This document shows positions 1-8,488 of a stretch of DNA of 64,000 nucleotides, in pieces; the stretch's first letter is position 1, and every line of letters begins with the position of its first letter. The DNA is taken from positions 62,001 to 126,000 of the IMG/VR virus record IMGVR_UViG_3300042922_000643; one strand, written 5' to 3'. The notes under the pieces are model-generated. The model worked only from the letters and a program-made list of their open reading frames with translations, searched no databases and was not told the origin of the DNA. The position numbers were made by a program, and so were the translations under genes.

Positions 1-6
1 GGCCGC

Positions 7-198
7 TTAAACATAGTAATCATCGTCCCTCAGATAAAGTAATGGGTAGGACTCTGCGGGTTCATGTTCTTTACTTTCGCAAATCGGACATTCTGGATCA
101 ATCTCATAAGACTCAATATAATACTCATGCCCACAGGATATGCAAGCTACCCATATGTCTGTCGTTACTCTCTTTTTGAATCTCTTTCGTGTTGTCAT
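7..198 (-). CDS. Small zinc-ribbon protein
   Basis: CISC...CPIC motif pair; start overlaps the PhoH stop codon. Confidence 0.7.
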   Translation of the reverse strand: MTTRKRFKKRVTTDIWVACISCGHEYYIESYEIDPECPICESKEHEPAESYPLLYLRDDDYYV

Positions 199-1532
199 TG
201 CAATTTTTCCACTCCCAGTTGAGCCAGTTTGGAGCGGACCACTGTTTCCAATGTGATGTGACCAACGATATCTTCACCTTTGAATTTATCCACCGTGTAT
301 GTAAGACCATTGCTGCTTGGCGTTAGTCGATGATCATCGATCTGTTGTGAGCTAATGTCTCCCAGGAAGACTACCTTACTACCCTCAGCAGCACGAGTAA
401 TGATTGTCGCAGCTTCATGTGCTGTTAAGTTTTGTGCGTCATCCACAATGATGAACTGACCAGGAATACTTCTACCACGAAGATGAGCCAACGCTTCAAG
501 CTCTAGAAATTTATTGTCAATGAGTCTTTGAATCTTATCACTTGAAGCCATGAATTTATCATCTTTATCTTCTTCTTTTTCAAGAAGGTACTCTAGTGCG
601 TCAAAGGTGGAAGCCATCCATGGACTTAGCTTTTCAAGCTTATTCCCAGGTAGATAGCCAATATCTTTACCCACAGGAATCAGTGGCCGCATTACTACGA
701 CTCTATTATATATTCCGTCTTTTCCTAATACTTGTTCTAGCGCTGCTGCCAATGTAAGTAATGTCTTTCCTGATCCAGAAGGACCGATTGCTGAAACAAA
801 TTCAATACTTGGGTCAAGCAAGAGATGGAGCAAGAACTTTTGTTCTAGAACTTCATTGCCTTCTTTATCTTTTTTCGGCTTAATTCCCCACGCACGATAT
901 TCATGTTTCAATGCTTGGATACTATGTGTTCCCGAATCATAAATACCTTGATGAATACCACCCGCTGGATCTTTCATAATTACAAACTGATTATGTACTA
1001 ATCTACGAGTACCTACATCAAAGCCCTGGATCGGATATGAACTATAGAACTCTTTTAATTCTTCTTTTGTAATATCGATATGTCGTACACCTGAATAAAG
1101 TTTACTTACGTTTACATCTTCAGGAGCGAAGTTCTGAGTATCAATTTTCAGAGAGTCTGCAATAACTCGAACATTAATATCTTGGCTGATTAAGGCCGCA
1201 TCTTCATCTCGCGCTGCTTTAATGATTTGGTGATCGTTCTTCTTCAGATCAAGGTCTTCCGCCTTGACAAGGACCTGAACCCAATGGCCTTCGTATGGAA
1301 CACCCGCATCCAGCTGGCCTCTTGTACGAAGCTCATCCAAGAATCTTGTAGTTGCTCGGCAATGTTCATTGATAGGGTCGTGACCCTTCTTGAACTTGTC
1401 TAGCTCGTTTAAAACTACTAGAGGAATAATTACATGAGTGGGTTCACCAAAACTCTTCAGTACGTCATACAGTGGCCGATCTAAAAGCACATTGGTATCA
1501 ACCACGACGCGTTTCAATTGTTGCGCTGCCAA
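195..1532 (-). CDS. phoH: PIN-PhoH (PhoH2/YlaK-like) RNase-ATPase
   Basis: PIN motifs VVVDTNVLL and QDINVR; Walker A GPSGSGKT; IGYLPG, LRGRS and DDAQN motifs; TTG start with AAGGAGG RBS. Confidence 0.93.
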   Translation of the reverse strand: MAAQQLKRVVVDTNVLLDRPLYDVLKSFGEPTHVIIPLVVLNELDKFKKGHDPINEHCRATTRFLDELRTRGQLDAGVPYEGHWVQVLVKAEDLDLKKNDHQIIKAARDEDAALISQDINVRVIADSLKIDTQNFAPEDVNVSKLYSGVRHIDITKEELKEFYSSYPIQGFDVGTRRLVHNQFVIMKDPAGGIHQGIYDSGTHSIQALKHEYRAWGIKPKKDKEGNEVLEQKFLLHLLLDPSIEFVSAIGPSGSGKTLLTLAAALEQVLGKDGIYNRVVVMRPLIPVGKDIGYLPGNKLEKLSPWMASTFDALEYLLEKEEDKDDKFMASSDKIQRLIDNKFLELEALAHLRGRSIPGQFIIVDDAQNLTAHEAATIITRAAEGSKVVFLGDISSQQIDDHRLTPSSNGLTYTVDKFKGEDIVGHITLETVVRSKLAQLGVEKLQ

Positions 1533-1617
1533 TAAGGTTGCCTCCTTAGAATATCTTCATTAGTTATAGGTATCGGGATAATCCAAAATCTAGTGGCAAC
1601 ACCTCTCTCTCTAGTTC

Positions 1618-1646
1618 CATTCAAAACGTTTTTAAGACGTAAGTCA
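1618..1646 (-). promoter_or_regulatory. Candidate promoter for phoH
   Basis: TTGACT-N17-TTGAAT directly after a terminator. Confidence 0.4.
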
Positions 1647-1662
1647 ATACGAAAACAAAAAT

Positions 1663-1690
1663 AAAAAAAGACCCCTTTTCAGGAGTCCTT
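1663..1690 (-). terminator. Rho-independent terminator
   Basis: GACTCCT-GAA-AAGGGGTC imperfect stem followed by a T-run. Confidence 0.75.
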
Positions 1691-1697
1691 ACATGGG

Positions 1698-1919
1698 TTA
1701 TACTGTCCATTCTTCAGCTACGATTTCAATATGAATCCAGCCTGCGCGGACTATGTGTAACTTGCCTGAACTATCTTTTAGCCTATGGTTCCCTGATTCC
1801 CTCACAGAGAGTTCAACAACACCTACTATACGTACAAATTCATCCCCAGGGAAACGATAAGTTCTTTGTCTCTCACCGTGAATAAGAGTTGGTGCAAAGG
1901 ATGTAACAGATACAGCCAT
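1698..1919 (-). CDS. Hypothetical phage protein (73 aa, beta-rich)
   Basis: AAGGAGG RBS; fills the gap between vWA gene and terminator. Confidence 0.75.
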   Translation of the reverse strand: MAVSVTSFAPTLIHGERQRTYRFPGDEFVRIVGVVELSVRESGNHRLKDSSGKLHIVRAGWIHIEIVAEEWTV

Positions 1920-1921
1920 AC

Positions 1922-2653
1922 TTAGACCTCCTTGTCTTTCGTCAGGTCTTCGCCATTAGTCCAGTCACCAACAGTACCTTTGGAACGGTAATTGGAAACA
2001 GCGGTGTCAATAGCATTGTAGGCTGCGAACAAGGCCCCGCCAGAGTAGCCATCTATAAAGTCAGCAGTCAGGTTCCCTGTAGCAATTTTATCAGCTGTTA
2101 TCGCGTTAGACATGATATAGGAAGAAGTAACCGATTGACCACCTGCTCCGCGGGTCATTCCAATACCCATAGCTTGTCTATCTCTCAATGAGCTTTCGTC
2201 TGCTCCAATAAACAGGACTTCCCATTTGCTCTTATTACGTTGTTCTTCGATAAGTTCCTTCACACTGCTCCCCTGGAACTCTCTAGAGCAGTTCTCTTGC
2301 CCGTCAGTGATAACCATGACAATAACATTGGCTGGACGTTTCTTGCTCTCTGTGGCCTTAATACGAGCTCTCACGTCATGGATAGTGCGGCCTACCGCGT
2401 CGTAGAGTGCAGTACTACCACGAGGAACATAGTTAGTATCATCCAGAGGTTTAACATCATGAATGTCTACACCATCATAAAGTAACGTATACTCATGATC
2501 GAAGAGACTTACGGTAACAGAAGCTTCTCCAGGAAGTTCTTTTTGTCTTGCAATGAAAGCATTAAATCCTCCGATAGCGTCGTCTCGCATTGTATTCATC
2601 GATCCACTACGGTCTATAATAACTACGATCTCTGTCTTATTTTTATTTGGCAT
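1922..2653 (-). CDS. von Willebrand factor A (vWA) domain protein
   Basis: MIDAS motif DRSGS, GSTALYDA, ITDGQEN; start moved to ATG 2653 (GGGAGG RBS). Confidence 0.9.
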   Translation of the reverse strand: MPNKNKTEIVVIIDRSGSMNTMRDDAIGGFNAFIARQKELPGEASVTVSLFDHEYTLLYDGVDIHDVKPLDDTNYVPRGSTALYDAVGRTIHDVRARIKATESKKRPANVIVMVITDGQENCSREFQGSSVKELIEEQRNKSKWEVLFIGADESSLRDRQAMGIGMTRGAGGQSVTSSYIMSNAITADKIATGNLTADFIDGYSGGALFAAYNAIDTAVSNYRSKGTVGDWTNGEDLTKDKEV

Positions 2654-2963
2654 CTTCTTGTCCTCCCACAGGTTGAATAACAAAACCATAGTTTTCGAAT
2701 CTAGTACTCACCTTGCTCTTATATAATTCCTGGGCATATGCTGCACCTTCAACAGCTTTTTCTGAAGCAACAGTTTTTTTATCGTAGAGCATGCCCTCTG
2801 GATCATCACGGTAGTCCCAGATACCACCTAGAACTTCTTCTCCGTCTTCGTAGGTAAGAACTTCTAATGCTAGGCCTCGTGGGTGTAACCACTGGCGATT
2901 AATCTCTCTTAAAAGTCCTGATTCACGGAACTCTTTAATATCCATACGTTTGATCTCGCTCAC
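2643..2963 (-). CDS. Hypothetical phage protein
   Basis: GTG start at 2963 preceded by GGGAGGG; INRQWLHPRGLAL motif. Confidence 0.75.
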   Translation of the reverse strand: MSEIKRMDIKEFRESGLLREINRQWLHPRGLALEVLTYEDGEEVLGGIWDYRDDPEGMLYDKKTVASEKAVEGAAYAQELYKSKVSTRFENYGFVIQPVGGQEDAK

Positions 2964-2979
2964 ATCGAACCCTCCCAGG

Positions 2980-3156
2980 TTAATATTCATCTAAGCATTC
3001 TAAAGAAAGAAGCTTGTTGATTTCATCACACATACATTCAATTTCTTTGTCCGAAGCATTACGGAGTTGTTCTAATGTTACGAAGTCACCGAACTCCAAA
3101 AGAATGAATTGGACCATACTCTCACGTTCTTCTTTAGCGTAGGATGTAACCGACAT
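2980..3156 (-). CDS. Small 58-aa protein absent from the ORF track (resembles BH0509-family small Bacillota proteins)
   Basis: Manual translation MSVTSYAKEERESMVQFILLEFGDFVTLEQLRNASDKEIECMCDEINKLLSLECLDEY*; GAGGAGG RBS; fills the intergenic gap. Confidence 0.75.
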   Translation of the reverse strand: MSVTSYAKEERESMVQFILLEFGDFVTLEQLRNASDKEIECMCDEINKLLSLECLDEY

Positions 3157-3207
3157 TTGAAGACCTCCTCATGCTTAGGTATCTATATCAAAGGGATGGC
3201 CCCTGAG

Positions 3208-3639
3208 TTATTCATCAATAGACTGTAACTTATCCAAGTTCTCTTCGTTTGTTGTAGCATCCTTGCTTAAAGTAATATCGATATTGATAAATTGAGGTTC
3301 CATCTTTTTAAAAACATTGGCCGTAAGTCGTATATTTTTATCTCTATATAATGGAGATTCTGATGACGTATTAACACAAAACCATTGATGACTTACAGTA
3401 TCGACAGTTTCAATCTTCATATCGATAAGTAATAGATCCTGCTCATAGAGCATATCCTCTAATTGCTGATACATTCTTTCCCTAGTCCGTCTTTCTATAT
3501 CCCTAGTGTTTTCAGGCCCATATTCAGTGTTAATAGTTGCATTGAGAGCTAACCTTCGCCGAGTATAAGTATCTAGATGGTCAGTGTATTCACTATAATC
3601 GGTTGTATCAATATTAACATTACCATTAGAAAACAACAT
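3208..3639 (-). CDS. Hypothetical protein
   Basis: ORF with GAGGTG RBS and its own upstream promoter. Confidence 0.7.
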   Translation of the reverse strand: MLFSNGNVNIDTTDYSEYTDHLDTYTRRRLALNATINTEYGPENTRDIERRTRERMYQQLEDMLYEQDLLLIDMKIETVDTVSHQWFCVNTSSESPLYRDKNIRLTANVFKKMEPQFINIDITLSKDATTNEENLDKLQSIDE

Positions 3640-3657
3640 CCTTATCACCTCTTCATT

Positions 3658-3686
3658 ATTATATCATACCTTAACGTCATTGTCTC
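3658..3686 (-). promoter_or_regulatory. Sigma-A-like extended -10 promoter
   Basis: GAGACA-N17-TATAAT with TG at the extended -10 position. Confidence 0.6.
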
Positions 3687-3698
3687 TATAGAAAATGG

Positions 3699-3726
3699 AA
3701 AAAGGCCGCCAAATAAATGACGACCT
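3699..3726 (-). terminator. Rho-independent terminator after the GH26 gene
   Basis: AGGTCGTCA/TGGCGGCCT stem followed by a T-run. Confidence 0.65.
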
Positions 3727-3732
3727 GATAGA

Positions 3733-5172
3733 TTATTTAATGTATAAATTAGTCTCAGGAATAATTTCTTTTGTCACCGTAGCACTCTCCCAGTAAAGCT
3801 GCATGATTGCCGCAGCAGAAGCATCATAGAACTCGACAGTAATATCGTACTGAACATCCTTAACCAGATTGATAAGCCCTGAACCCCAGTTTGCACCATT
3901 GGTCCATTTGTTTACGACAAGCGCTCCATTGATATAAACCCTGGCCCCATCATCTGAGTATGTTATAATCTTATACTGCTCTGTAGATTTTGAAACAAGT
4001 ATGCCTGTCCACCGAACAGAGAAGTTATCAATAGGAAGCCCTGTAATAATAACTTTATTAGACCAGTTAAAATCAATCTTAGCATCGCGGCGCTGTCCCT
4101 TAAGCTCGTTAAAAGCAACACCTGAATAGTAATTACCTGATAGTCCATTCTCTCCAGCTACAATTTCATTACGGTTAAAGCTGTAAGCATCCGTATAAAC
4201 TGTCTTGATTGTAGCATCTGAATTATTCTCAGATAGCATTTTCCCCCAGGTCAGGAACCAAGAGTACTTATTCTGTGCTGTGGATAGAGTACTCATCGTA
4301 GGTAGTTCTCCGTTTTCTCCAATAGCAAGTAGCTTTCCACAAGAAAGTTCCGCAAGCTCATCATGGTGAGATTGTTTAAAATCTTTACTGTAGATATCCA
4401 AAGCTAGTACATCAACTCGATCATAACCGACATAGAAGTTCTTTATAGGTTGACACCATTGATTCTTGGCGTTTGGACACCAGACCCATATTAGATTATC
4501 GAGTGCATGTAGATTCACAAAACGATCATACATGATCTCCCATAGCGCTGCGAAGTTGTTCTTGTTTCCCCACCAGAACCAGCCACCATTCATCTCATGG
4601 TAAGGTCTCCACAGAACAGGTACGCCGTAGTTTCGTAAAACTTTTAGAGAAGCTGCAACTAGATCTATATCTCTCAGTAGTGCCTTGTAAAGATCTGTGC
4701 CAGATGTGACGATCTGATCAAACTCAGATTGTGTTGTGGCTCTTTGCACATTGCTCCATATTGAAGGAGTGCCTGGATAGACAGCGTGATAAGTTGCAGT
4801 AATAACTCCGCCGCCATCATGCCAGGCTTTGGCTGCATTAACTACACCTGCTCTTTGAGTGGCTAGAAGCGTATCACTCTGACCACTGATGCCACCGAGC
4901 TCAATGCCTTTCACCATAGGACGTTTGCCTGTTTTAGTGAAGACTTGATCGGAGTAGGAGTAAGGAGCTTCTAAATATTCATGTTGTCCAGTTAATATTC
5001 TTTTTCCTCGGAGGTCATAAAGCTTTTGTAGAAGGTTTTTTGCTGGAGTCATAAGGTAGGGATTCACAGGAGCCCGATTAAGATTCTCAAAATCAGATTT
5101 CCATGTTGTATCAGTCACAATCTTTGAAGCTCTTTCTACTAGATCCCATAATGCTTTGGACTGTTCGTTCAT
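3733..5172 (-). CDS. GH26 beta-mannanase-like glycoside hydrolase with C-terminal PA14 domain
   Basis: ILTGQH, WRPYHEMNGGWFWWG (acid/base Glu), VDVLALDIY, LAIGENG (nucleophile); PA14 motifs DNFSVRWTG and SDDGARVYING. Confidence 0.92.
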   Translation of the reverse strand: MNEQSKALWDLVERASKIVTDTTWKSDFENLNRAPVNPYLMTPAKNLLQKLYDLRGKRILTGQHEYLEAPYSYSDQVFTKTGKRPMVKGIELGGISGQSDTLLATQRAGVVNAAKAWHDGGGVITATYHAVYPGTPSIWSNVQRATTQSEFDQIVTSGTDLYKALLRDIDLVAASLKVLRNYGVPVLWRPYHEMNGGWFWWGNKNNFAALWEIMYDRFVNLHALDNLIWVWCPNAKNQWCQPIKNFYVGYDRVDVLALDIYSKDFKQSHHDELAELSCGKLLAIGENGELPTMSTLSTAQNKYSWFLTWGKMLSENNSDATIKTVYTDAYSFNRNEIVAGENGLSGNYYSGVAFNELKGQRRDAKIDFNWSNKVIITGLPIDNFSVRWTGILVSKSTEQYKIITYSDDGARVYINGALVVNKWTNGANWGSGLINLVKDVQYDITVEFYDASAAAIMQLYWESATVTKEIIPETNLYIK

Positions 5173-5230
5173 TTAGCAATAACCTCCTTCACAATATAGA
5201 CATAATTATAGCTGTTCTGGAATGATATGG

Positions 5231-5518
5231 CTAGTCTTTATCTTGAACCTGTCGTACATTTTGATGAAACCATTTTGTTTCTTTACCTTCATACTGTTTT
5301 GCTATGATAGCTACAACCTCGTCTCGACTTAGGCTAGGGCAGCTTCCATGTATCGCTGCATATTGACGGTGAAAAGACCGCATTTCGTTTGCGGCCTCAC
5401 AGTCTTGTTGTCCTGTCCCGTAACAAGGGCAGTCTTTTTTATTGACGTATCCTTGTCCATCAGGACAGGCGTAGCAGAACACAGATTCTGCTATTATTCT
5501 TTTAATATTGTCCTTCAT
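5231..5518 (-). CDS. Hypothetical Cys-rich protein
   Basis: CYAC...CPC...C cluster; start moved to ATG 5518 to remove a long overlap. Confidence 0.6.
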   Translation of the reverse strand: MKDNIKRIIAESVFCYACPDGQGYVNKKDCPCYGTGQQDCEAANEMRSFHRQYAAIHGSCPSLSRDEVVAIIAKQYEGKETKWFHQNVRQVQDKD

Positions 5519-5798
5519 ACTTATCCAAGTCTCCACCTTTAAATGTTGGTGTGTCTGCCGTTCTGTAACCTCTCGCCTTACAGTGAAGTATGACTTCATC
5601 ATCTGTTTCTTTAAAAAGTATAGAGGGATGTTCAGTGATATCAATATACTCTGCCTTTAAAAATCTATTCATAGTAGAGATCACTTCTTCTCTTGCCTCA
5701 TCTATGGCCTGCTCCAAAGGAGTATCACCAATTTGATTCTTGAATACAGTATGTTTGCATCCAAAACGGGTAGGTCTTTTTTGTTCTTGAGTTTCCAT
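5502..5798 (-). CDS. Hypothetical protein
   Basis: GGAGG RBS; contiguous with flanking genes. Confidence 0.75.
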   Translation of the reverse strand: METQEQKRPTRFGCKHTVFKNQIGDTPLEQAIDEAREEVISTMNRFLKAEYIDITEHPSILFKETDDEVILHCKARGYRTADTPTFKGGDLDKYEGQY

Positions 5799-6092
5799 TT
5801 ATTTTTCCTCCTTCTTAACAAATTTATAACTGTCAACGTACTTTCCTGTGACTACAAATTGCCTAGTTATTTCTTCGTCTCCACAAATTTCGTTCATAGA
5901 ATTGTAAAAGCGATGTTTTTGCTGTTCAATATTCAGGTCTTTCAGCTTAACATTAAATTCCTCTTCATATTCTTTAATCTTTTGAAACAAATTACTGAGT
6001 ATCTCGTTAATCTCTGCTGAATCTAGCACTTTGTCTGCTTGGAAAACTTCCGAAGAGACGGTTACTGTTCTTATTTCTGTAACCTCTACCAT
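5799..6092 (-). CDS. Hypothetical protein
   Basis: AAGGAGG RBS. Confidence 0.75.
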   Translation of the reverse strand: MVEVTEIRTVTVSSEVFQADKVLDSAEINEILSNLFQKIKEYEEEFNVKLKDLNIEQQKHRFYNSMNEICGDEEITRQFVVTGKYVDSYKFVKKEEK

Positions 6093-6131
6093 ATTGACCT
6101 CCTTATATTTAAGGACCCCAAAGGGCCCAGA

Positions 6132-7241
6132 TTAGCCTGAGACAAGCTGATTATATCGTTGTGCTCCAAGAGCATTCACTTCACGGAAGTAAGACATTTC
6201 AGGGAAGAACTCAAAGAACATTCGACCCTTAAAGGAAGTATATTTGTTCTTACGAATATCGACTTCAAATACAGGCTGATTGTCTTCGCTGTCTGGACGT
6301 TTAAAGAAGACCTGTGCCTGCTGTCCGCGAAGACCCACTTCGTTGTAGCACATAAGAACAGCCTTGGCTTCATATCCGATCTTCGTAGATTCACGGATAT
6401 CATCAAGCCCAGGTCTACGGTTACCATTCAGCTTGCGAAGTTCAGCTGAGCAGATGATTGGGCAGTCAAACTTTGTAGCGATGAGAGAGAGTCTATCAGC
6501 AATATAATCGTATCTACCATTTGAATCCGCACCAAAGTTTGTACTAGATACAGTTACGTCATGAAAGTTATCTATGAATACAACGAGTTGATAGGTTTCA
6601 TCAATCCGTGACAATTCGAAGGAATACTGTTCAACAACTTTTTCAATCTCTTCAATAGAAGTTCCATCATTAGAGTCATACAATGCAAAGAAGTCAACTA
6701 GTGCATCGAGCTTCTCTACACCTTCTGCACGTTTCTTCATCTGCTCAATGTTATCTTTATACTTCTCTGGAGAACGAACGACATTGATTGGAATCATTTG
6801 GTCGATAGCGATGAACCGCGGCAACAGTTCATTCGTGTTATCATCTAAAGAGAAGTATACACAGAATGCTTTCCGTGGTCTATCCTCTGTAACAACTTGG
6901 TTGCTGTAGGAAACTTGCTTTGCAATCTGCATCATGAAACCACTCTTACCTACGTTAGATTGCGCAGCCACTAGATGAACTCCAGGGTTTAGTCCTTCGA
7001 ATGCATAGTTAAGCCTTTCGAATCCCCAATCGAGACCACCCATCTTACCACGTCTCCATGAGTACTCGTCCATGGCTTTAATTCTACCAATCATACTATT
7101 GCCAAGAATAGTTTCGCGGAACTTACCAGAGTTAATAGAGATTCTCGGCGCTGCTGCGACCTCTTCCTTCGCCTGTTCTTGTGGAATGCTCTCCCCAAAT
7201 AATACTTCATCCAAAGTTAAAGTCTTTTCATGATCTTCCAT
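6132..7241 (-). CDS. DnaB-like replicative helicase (SF4)
   Basis: Walker A AAQSNVGKS, Walker B VVFIDNFH, ELRK...RPGLDDIRES, RKNK. Confidence 0.9.
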   Translation of the reverse strand: MEDHEKTLTLDEVLFGESIPQEQAKEEVAAAPRISINSGKFRETILGNSMIGRIKAMDEYSWRRGKMGGLDWGFERLNYAFEGLNPGVHLVAAQSNVGKSGFMMQIAKQVSYSNQVVTEDRPRKAFCVYFSLDDNTNELLPRFIAIDQMIPINVVRSPEKYKDNIEQMKKRAEGVEKLDALVDFFALYDSNDGTSIEEIEKVVEQYSFELSRIDETYQLVVFIDNFHDVTVSSTNFGADSNGRYDYIADRLSLIATKFDCPIICSAELRKLNGNRRPGLDDIRESTKIGYEAKAVLMCYNEVGLRGQQAQVFFKRPDSEDNQPVFEVDIRKNKYTSFKGRMFFEFFPEMSYFREVNALGAQRYNQLVSG

Positions 7242-7274
7242 TCCCGTCCCCTCTTCCTTTTCCCCTAGCTATTT

Positions 7275-7475
7275 TTAGTTCATAAGCTCGTCAAGTTCTG
7301 CGGTTAGCTGGTCAAATATGTCGTGCATATCCTTAACGACACGATCAAATGCTCGATCAGTTGGAGACATCTTCTCAAATTCTTTCACGATATCACCCTT
7401 AGCCTTCTTTAAGGAAGCCCTCATTCTTTCAGCCTTTACCCAGTCTTTACCAACGCTTCCGTTTACTACTCCCAT
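7275..7475 (-). CDS. Small helical hypothetical protein between primase and helicase
   Basis: GGAGGG RBS before ATG 7475, which overlaps the primase stop. Confidence 0.7.
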   Translation of the reverse strand: MGVVNGSVGKDWVKAERMRASLKKAKGDIVKEFEKMSPTDRAFDRVVKDMHDIFDQLTAELDELMN

Positions 7476-8488
7476 TATTCTCTCTCCCTCCATAATTTAC
7501 AGCTACTTCCCTCACATGTTGCTAGATTCTCTAGGGTGCTGCATCCGTACTCATAATCTCCTTGGTATACACTTTGCATTACATTCCGAAGCTCACGTTC
7601 ATTCATTGATTCGCGGTTCCATTGAATAAGAAAGTCCCATACTTCCTGCTCACTTAATCCTTTCCTTTTCTGGAAGGAGACTAGCGCCGCTGCCGTATTA
7701 TTGCGCTGACCTTTCTGTGGACCTGCGTCTATCAACTCTTGTACACAAGATGGTGTGAAATCAAGAACCTTGGTTGCCGTTCTATCTCTACTAAACTTTT
7801 TCTCATAGCGCAATTTCCATTGTTCAATGCAATCCAAATACATCGAACGTGCGCGTGTTACCTCATAAGCCTGTGTCCACTTTGGTGCTACAGGTTGTTT
7901 CGCCTTCTCTTTAATATCTTCAAAGGGAAGAGTACGCAGCTCCTCAACGGATAAAGGTATCTTGTGTAAGCCCGTTTTCTGGTGGATGCTATTTGTAACA
8001 CGGAATAATCGACGGCGATCATAAACCTTAAAGTCCAAGGTGCCATTCTTAATGTTCATTCCGATTCGCTCAGCCATGGATTTGTAATGATGATTCAGGT
8101 TTGGCGAAGGTTCAACACCAAAGACTACTGCGGGAATCACAAGATGAATCCCCTTTTGTCCACTAAAGAAGATACGTATAAGAGCCATTGGGATGTTGCA
8201 GAAGAATGGACGAGTTAAGTAATGAACCGCATCTAGCGCATCGTTACGTGCTTTCTCAAAGTCTGCTTCACTATCAAAATCCAGATAAAAATGTCCATAG
8301 AGATTGGCTGTTTTAACGTCAGTAGAATCATACCAGTAAGCTGAAAGGTAAATCCCTTTGTTACCGAATTCTTTTTTGAATGCGGAGATATCTCCTGCAA
8401 CCATCATTCGATTACGCATGAATCTATCTTCTGCGTAGTGGCATCCCCCCTCGACGTAGGCGAAGCTATCTAGGTCTAGGGATGACAT
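7475..8488 (-). CDS. Archaeo-eukaryotic-type primase (AEP) with PriCT-like C-terminal domain
   Basis: YLDFD (motif I), FSGQKGIH (motif II), LDFKVY...RRLFR (motif III); GQRNN...WN...EREL; four C-terminal Cys. Confidence 0.88.
   Translation of the reverse strand: MSSLDLDSFAYVEGGCHYAEDRFMRNRMMVAGDISAFKKEFGNKGIYLSAYWYDSTDVKTANLYGHFYLDFDSEADFEKARNDALDAVHYLTRPFFCNIPMALIRIFFSGQKGIHLVIPAVVFGVEPSPNLNHHYKSMAERIGMNIKNGTLDFKVYDRRRLFRVTNSIHQKTGLHKIPLSVEELRTLPFEDIKEKAKQPVAPKWTQAYEVTRARSMYLDCIEQWKLRYEKKFSRDRTATKVLDFTPSCVQELIDAGPQKGQRNNTAAALVSFQKRKGLSEQEVWDFLIQWNRESMNERELRNVMQSVYQGDYEYGCSTLENLATCEGSSCKLWRERE

Noticed and set aside
5519-5644. N-terminal extension of the ORF called 5231-5644
   Set aside because: Overlaps the upstream gene by more than 140 nt; ATG 5518 is more plausible. 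Starts were similarly shortened for vWA, sak, RHH, patatin and others.
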